IMG/VR virus record: IMGVR_UViG_3300046748_000066
Direction: 5' to 3' (one strand)
Length of the DNA stretch: 33,949 nucleotides
Source: a virus
Made by a program: the position numbers and the translations under genes
Shown: piece by piece, positions 30,873 to 33,949 of the stretch
Layout: every line of letters begins with the position of its first letter
Position numbering within the stretch: the first letter of the stretch is position 1
The notes under the pieces: generated by a model
What the model was told of the DNA's origin: nothing
Databases searched by the model: none
What the model saw: the letters and a program-made list of their open reading frames with translations, nothing else

Positions 30873-32378
30873 CTATCTTCTCCTATCGTAAACATTTCTG
30901 GGTTTTAAATCAAAAACGTTAAAATTCTTTTTTGCAACTACAGGTTTAGCACTTTTTGTACCTACGGTCAATGATCTTCCCTCCCCTGCGCCCAATAACA
31001 TATACTGAAGCGCGTCATGTATATGCGAAAATCTGTTCTTATTGGGTTTATCATCGTATCTTTCCCCTGAAACTTGCATTCTTCTGTAATGGTATCCTCC
31101 ATCAAATCCTTTAATTATGTTAACACATTTTGGATCTATCAACATTCCGCTTTCACCATCAACCATCCTTGATAAAGTAGCATTAACACTCTCTAATCTT
31201 AATGTAACGTCATTAGAATGTGTTGGTCTTGCTGTAATTCCTCTGCCTTTTAGTATCTGAAATGGTGTAGATTCATCTGTCTGCGCCCTATGGTCACCAG
31301 CTGGATCGCCAAATATTGTAAAACTTCTAGGTAAATACTCTGCCATTTTCTGTTTCATTAAATCAGAAAACCTAAGTATACCCATATCTTCAGCTACTAG
31401 CTCATCAATGATAAGCCACCTACCACGTACTCTTTGACCGAATACACATGCTGGAGTGAGCCCAAAGTCTATACCCATGTAGATTGTTGTGTCTTTCATG
31501 ATAGCAACATCAGACTTAGCAACGTGTACATCACGTCTGAACATCTCATATACAGGCTTACCATCCTCTATTTGCCCTAGTTTATTGAGTACATAGACAT
31601 CAATCCATGATTTAGTCTTACCTCTGATGATAGAATCATAGTAGTTTCTTGTAAGATTCTTTCCGTTTTCTTTATCTTTATTGTCTTCGTATGTGTCTAG
31701 ATGTCCCTCTTTATCCATAACCTCTAGCATTGCTGGTGGTTGATTAAAGAATCTCCATGTATCTGGCTTAACTAACATCTTAGCTTCTTGCTTAGTTATA
31801 TAATCTGGTAGTACAGTTTCACCTGCTAGGATTGCCCACCAATGGTCTGTATCTGGCGGGTTGGTATCTGCTATAACACCATACCAGCTAGGACCACCAT
31901 CACGCATACTAGGATAACGTCCAACACGCATAGTAGTTGCATCCACAATTGACTTAGGTATCTCTCTTGCTTCATTGATCCATACTCCTGTTAACTCTAA
32001 TGATAGCAGTTTCTTTACATCTTCTGGTCTATCAAGGGCTAAAAAGATAACTTCACAATCTATATCACCTTTTTTTATATGATGTGTATAGGGTACTGAC
32101 CACTTAAATGGTCCCCATTGTTCTTCAGGCATCCAGTCTAGCCATGTTTTTATAGTTGTTGTTCTGAGTTGTGGGTTAGTATTTCTTATAACTGCCCATC
32201 TAGATTTACGTTTACCGTCTGTTCCAACCTTTTGTGTCAATGCTCTGCGTATTATTTCAATACAACATGATACTGATTTACCAGAACCTACTGGTCCACG
32301 TAGACCACGAAAGAACGAATCGTCTTTCATAAATTGTTTGATTACATTGCCGTCTGGCTTATAGGTTAAGGAGGTCAT
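30873..32378 (-). CDS. terL: Terminase large subunit
   Basis: Walker A GPVGSGKS, Walker B-like LTGVWINEA, and a C-terminal nuclease region with IDFGLT...GDPAG...D motifs. 501 aa. Confidence 0.9.
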   Translation of the reverse strand: MTSLTYKPDGNVIKQFMKDDSFFRGLRGPVGSGKSVSCCIEIIRRALTQKVGTDGKRKSRWAVIRNTNPQLRTTTIKTWLDWMPEEQWGPFKWSVPYTHHIKKGDIDCEVIFLALDRPEDVKKLLSLELTGVWINEAREIPKSIVDATTMRVGRYPSMRDGGPSWYGVIADTNPPDTDHWWAILAGETVLPDYITKQEAKMLVKPDTWRFFNQPPAMLEVMDKEGHLDTYEDNKDKENGKNLTRNYYDSIIRGKTKSWIDVYVLNKLGQIEDGKPVYEMFRRDVHVAKSDVAIMKDTTIYMGIDFGLTPACVFGQRVRGRWLIIDELVAEDMGILRFSDLMKQKMAEYLPRSFTIFGDPAGDHRAQTDESTPFQILKGRGITARPTHSNDVTLRLESVNATLSRMVDGESGMLIDPKCVNIIKGFDGGYHYRRMQVSGERYDDKPNKNRFSHIHDALQYMLLGAGEGRSLTVGTKSAKPVVAKKNFNVFDLKPRNVYDRRR

Positions 32379-32565
32379 GTTCCACCGCTAGCTTATATAA
32401 CTTCTCTAATGTTAATGGTGTTAAAGATTCTAATACTCTTTCTGCTTCTCTATCAGTCATTGCTTCTTTTGGTAGTCCTTTCATATGGCTCATCTTAACA
32501 GCAATAATAAGTTTCTTCATAGCTGGTGTATTGTATTTTCTTAATGCTTCTACTGTATGTGCCAT
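32359..32565 (-). CDS. Small helical protein upstream of terL (68 aa)
   Basis: Overlaps the terL start by 20 nt and the upstream stop by 1 nt. Unknown function. It could be a packaging accessory protein. Confidence 0.5.
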   Translation of the reverse strand: MAHTVEALRKYNTPAMKKLIIAVKMSHMKGLPKEAMTDREAERVLESLTPLTLEKLYKLAVEHDLLNL

Positions 32566-33944
32566 TATTTCTTTGGTGGTTTTTTAAATATGTCTCTAGC
32601 TCCTTTACTTGGACCTTTAATTTTATTATTAGCTAATAGTATATCCTTTGGATCTGTTAGCTTACCTCCTTTTACTTTATGTTTGAGTGTTGTTTTAGTT
32701 AAGTTTATATCAACAGGCGGTACACCTCTAAAGCCACTAATCTCTGATAATTGATATCCTACTGGTCTACCAATTTTATTATTTTTATTAATATAATTGA
32801 TATCTGATTTGCTCATAGCTGTAGAAGTTAAAAAGTTTTTATTACTTTTTTGACCAGATGTATATAAAATTATGTTTTGTTCAGCACCCGGATTCTTAAT
32901 AATATCTTGTTTAGCTTTACTAATAAGTTGTCTGTTAGTTGCTGCTTTGATTACAGCAGGGCTTTTATCTAAATCTTTTATATTTTTAAATTGGTTATAT
33001 CCTGTTACACGTGATGACCATGTTTGCTTACCCTTTTTATTTACCATCTGTGGCATTACTGACATAACTTTTACATTTGGTGATTGTCTTTTATATTCAG
33101 TAGCAATCAATTTACCAGCTTTGTCACCAGCACCATAAGCTACTTCTGTAATTGGATCGCCTTTTACTTTCATATCTTCAATTCTACTAGCTACTTTTTT
33201 TCTAACTTGCTCTACTTCTTTGTTATACATATCTGTAGTTTTTTTAACAGGTTGAGATCCTGTAGCCATTTCAGGTTTGCTAGTTACTTTGTTTGTTAGA
33301 GCATCATATTGAGTTCTATACTTAGGTAACATTCCACCAGATAATCTAATATTACCTAGCTTAGAGCCGGGCGCACTAGGTACAATATAACTCGCTAGTT
33401 TACCCTCTTTGTCATAATGAATAGTAAATGTTTTGCCACCCTCATAAGAATACTGTTGTTTACCAGTACGTGGATTTATGCTACCAACTTTTTTGCCACC
33501 AATATTTTTATCTACTGTTTTTACACTTTTTCCACCTGTACCACGACCAGCAGTAGAATACTTAAATCTTTCTTCGTTAGCAGGTTTCTTTACTGTAGAT
33601 GGACCAATCTTGCTACTACCTTGTCTATCAAAAGCAACGTTAGTATCTTTAATTTTTTCTATACCTGATGCCTTTGGATATCTTACAGGTTTGAATGCTG
33701 GTGCTTTTTTATTGAGGATACCACCATCGGTAATGATAGTGTCTCTAGACTTTAATAGTTTGGGACCTTTGCTCAACAATCCAAACTGAGCTACATCTGT
33801 TAATGGTTGAAAATCTCCCTCTGTAGCAGATTTGACTGCACTGCCATAGTAATAAGCATTATAAGCTTTGCCAGCATATTTGAGGGCTTTAGGTAAGATA
33901 ACTCTTCCAGCTTGTAAAGCTAGTGGTATTACAGGTGCTACCAT
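32565..33944 (-). CDS. Large Lys-rich basic protein of unknown function (459 aa); its 5' end lies in the terminal repeat
   Basis: Long ORF. By hand count, about 13 Lys in the first 100 residues. K/G/T/N/P-rich throughout, ending KGARDIFKKPPKK. No motif recognised. Confidence 0.7.
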   Translation of the reverse strand: MVAPVIPLALQAGRVILPKALKYAGKAYNAYYYGSAVKSATEGDFQPLTDVAQFGLLSKGPKLLKSRDTIITDGGILNKKAPAFKPVRYPKASGIEKIKDTNVAFDRQGSSKIGPSTVKKPANEERFKYSTAGRGTGGKSVKTVDKNIGGKKVGSINPRTGKQQYSYEGGKTFTIHYDKEGKLASYIVPSAPGSKLGNIRLSGGMLPKYRTQYDALTNKVTSKPEMATGSQPVKKTTDMYNKEVEQVRKKVASRIEDMKVKGDPITEVAYGAGDKAGKLIATEYKRQSPNVKVMSVMPQMVNKKGKQTWSSRVTGYNQFKNIKDLDKSPAVIKAATNRQLISKAKQDIIKNPGAEQNIILYTSGQKSNKNFLTSTAMSKSDINYINKNNKIGRPVGYQLSEISGFRGVPPVDINLTKTTLKHKVKGGKLTDPKDILLANNKIKGPSKGARDIFKKPPKK

Positions 33945-33949
33945 TGTTG
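33823..33949. repeat. Terminal direct repeat, copy 2 (exact duplicate of 1..127)
   Basis: Same observation as for 1..127. Unique genome length is therefore 33,822 bp. Confidence 0.95.

Noticed and set aside
1-33949. Temperate lifestyle, diversity-generating retroelement, or defence/anti-defence islands of known type
   Set aside because: I could not recognise an integrase, excisionase, full-length CI or LexA-type repressor, reverse transcriptase, template/variable repeat pair, toxin-antitoxin pair or restriction-modification motif. The LexA-domain protein alone is insufficient to call lysogeny.

Overview
The window appears to be one complete, visibly AT-rich tailed-phage genome, not a chromosomal segment. 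Nucleotides 1..127 recur exactly at 33823..33949, so the sequence closes on itself (unique length 33,822 bp). There are two arms. A short plus-strand early arm (2352..8335) encodes small unknown proteins, a DnaT-like replication organiser with a possible helicase loader, and a recombination set: YqaJ-type exonuclease, Rad52/Sak-like annealing protein, SSB, a stand-alone LexA-type DNA-binding domain and a Ref-like HNH nuclease. A long, tightly packed minus-strand arm (8304..33944, continuing through the junction to 2033) encodes terS, a block of lysine-rich proteins, terL, portal, scaffold and major capsid. It continues with T7-like synteny: gp11/gp12-like tail tube, three internal virion proteins of 212/749/1295 aa, and a tail fibre with a C-terminal S74 chaperone domain. 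It ends in an accessory/lysis-like block. I saw no DNA or RNA polymerase, integrase, tRNA, CRISPR array or reverse transcriptase. The most interesting content is a diverged tandem pair of compact Delta9-type membrane fatty-acid desaturases (11797..13223). They are translationally chained to a holin-like membrane protein, three tiny basic Cys-containing proteins, two Sec-signal proteins (one hyper-acidic) and small coiled-coil/TM proteins, and I recognise no endolysin anywhere. Other notable points:
- a lysine-rich protein block between terS and terL that spans the closure point
- a ~160-nt imperfect hairpin plus a triple tandem repeat in the divergent control region (2104..2311)
- two further structured intergenic regions with mutually exclusive pairings (1466..1676, 2813..2884)
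- a 30-nt conserved promoter-like block present twice
- four plausible sub-60-aa genes missing from the ORF track
All family assignments come from motif recognition by eye and need HMM or structure searches to confirm.
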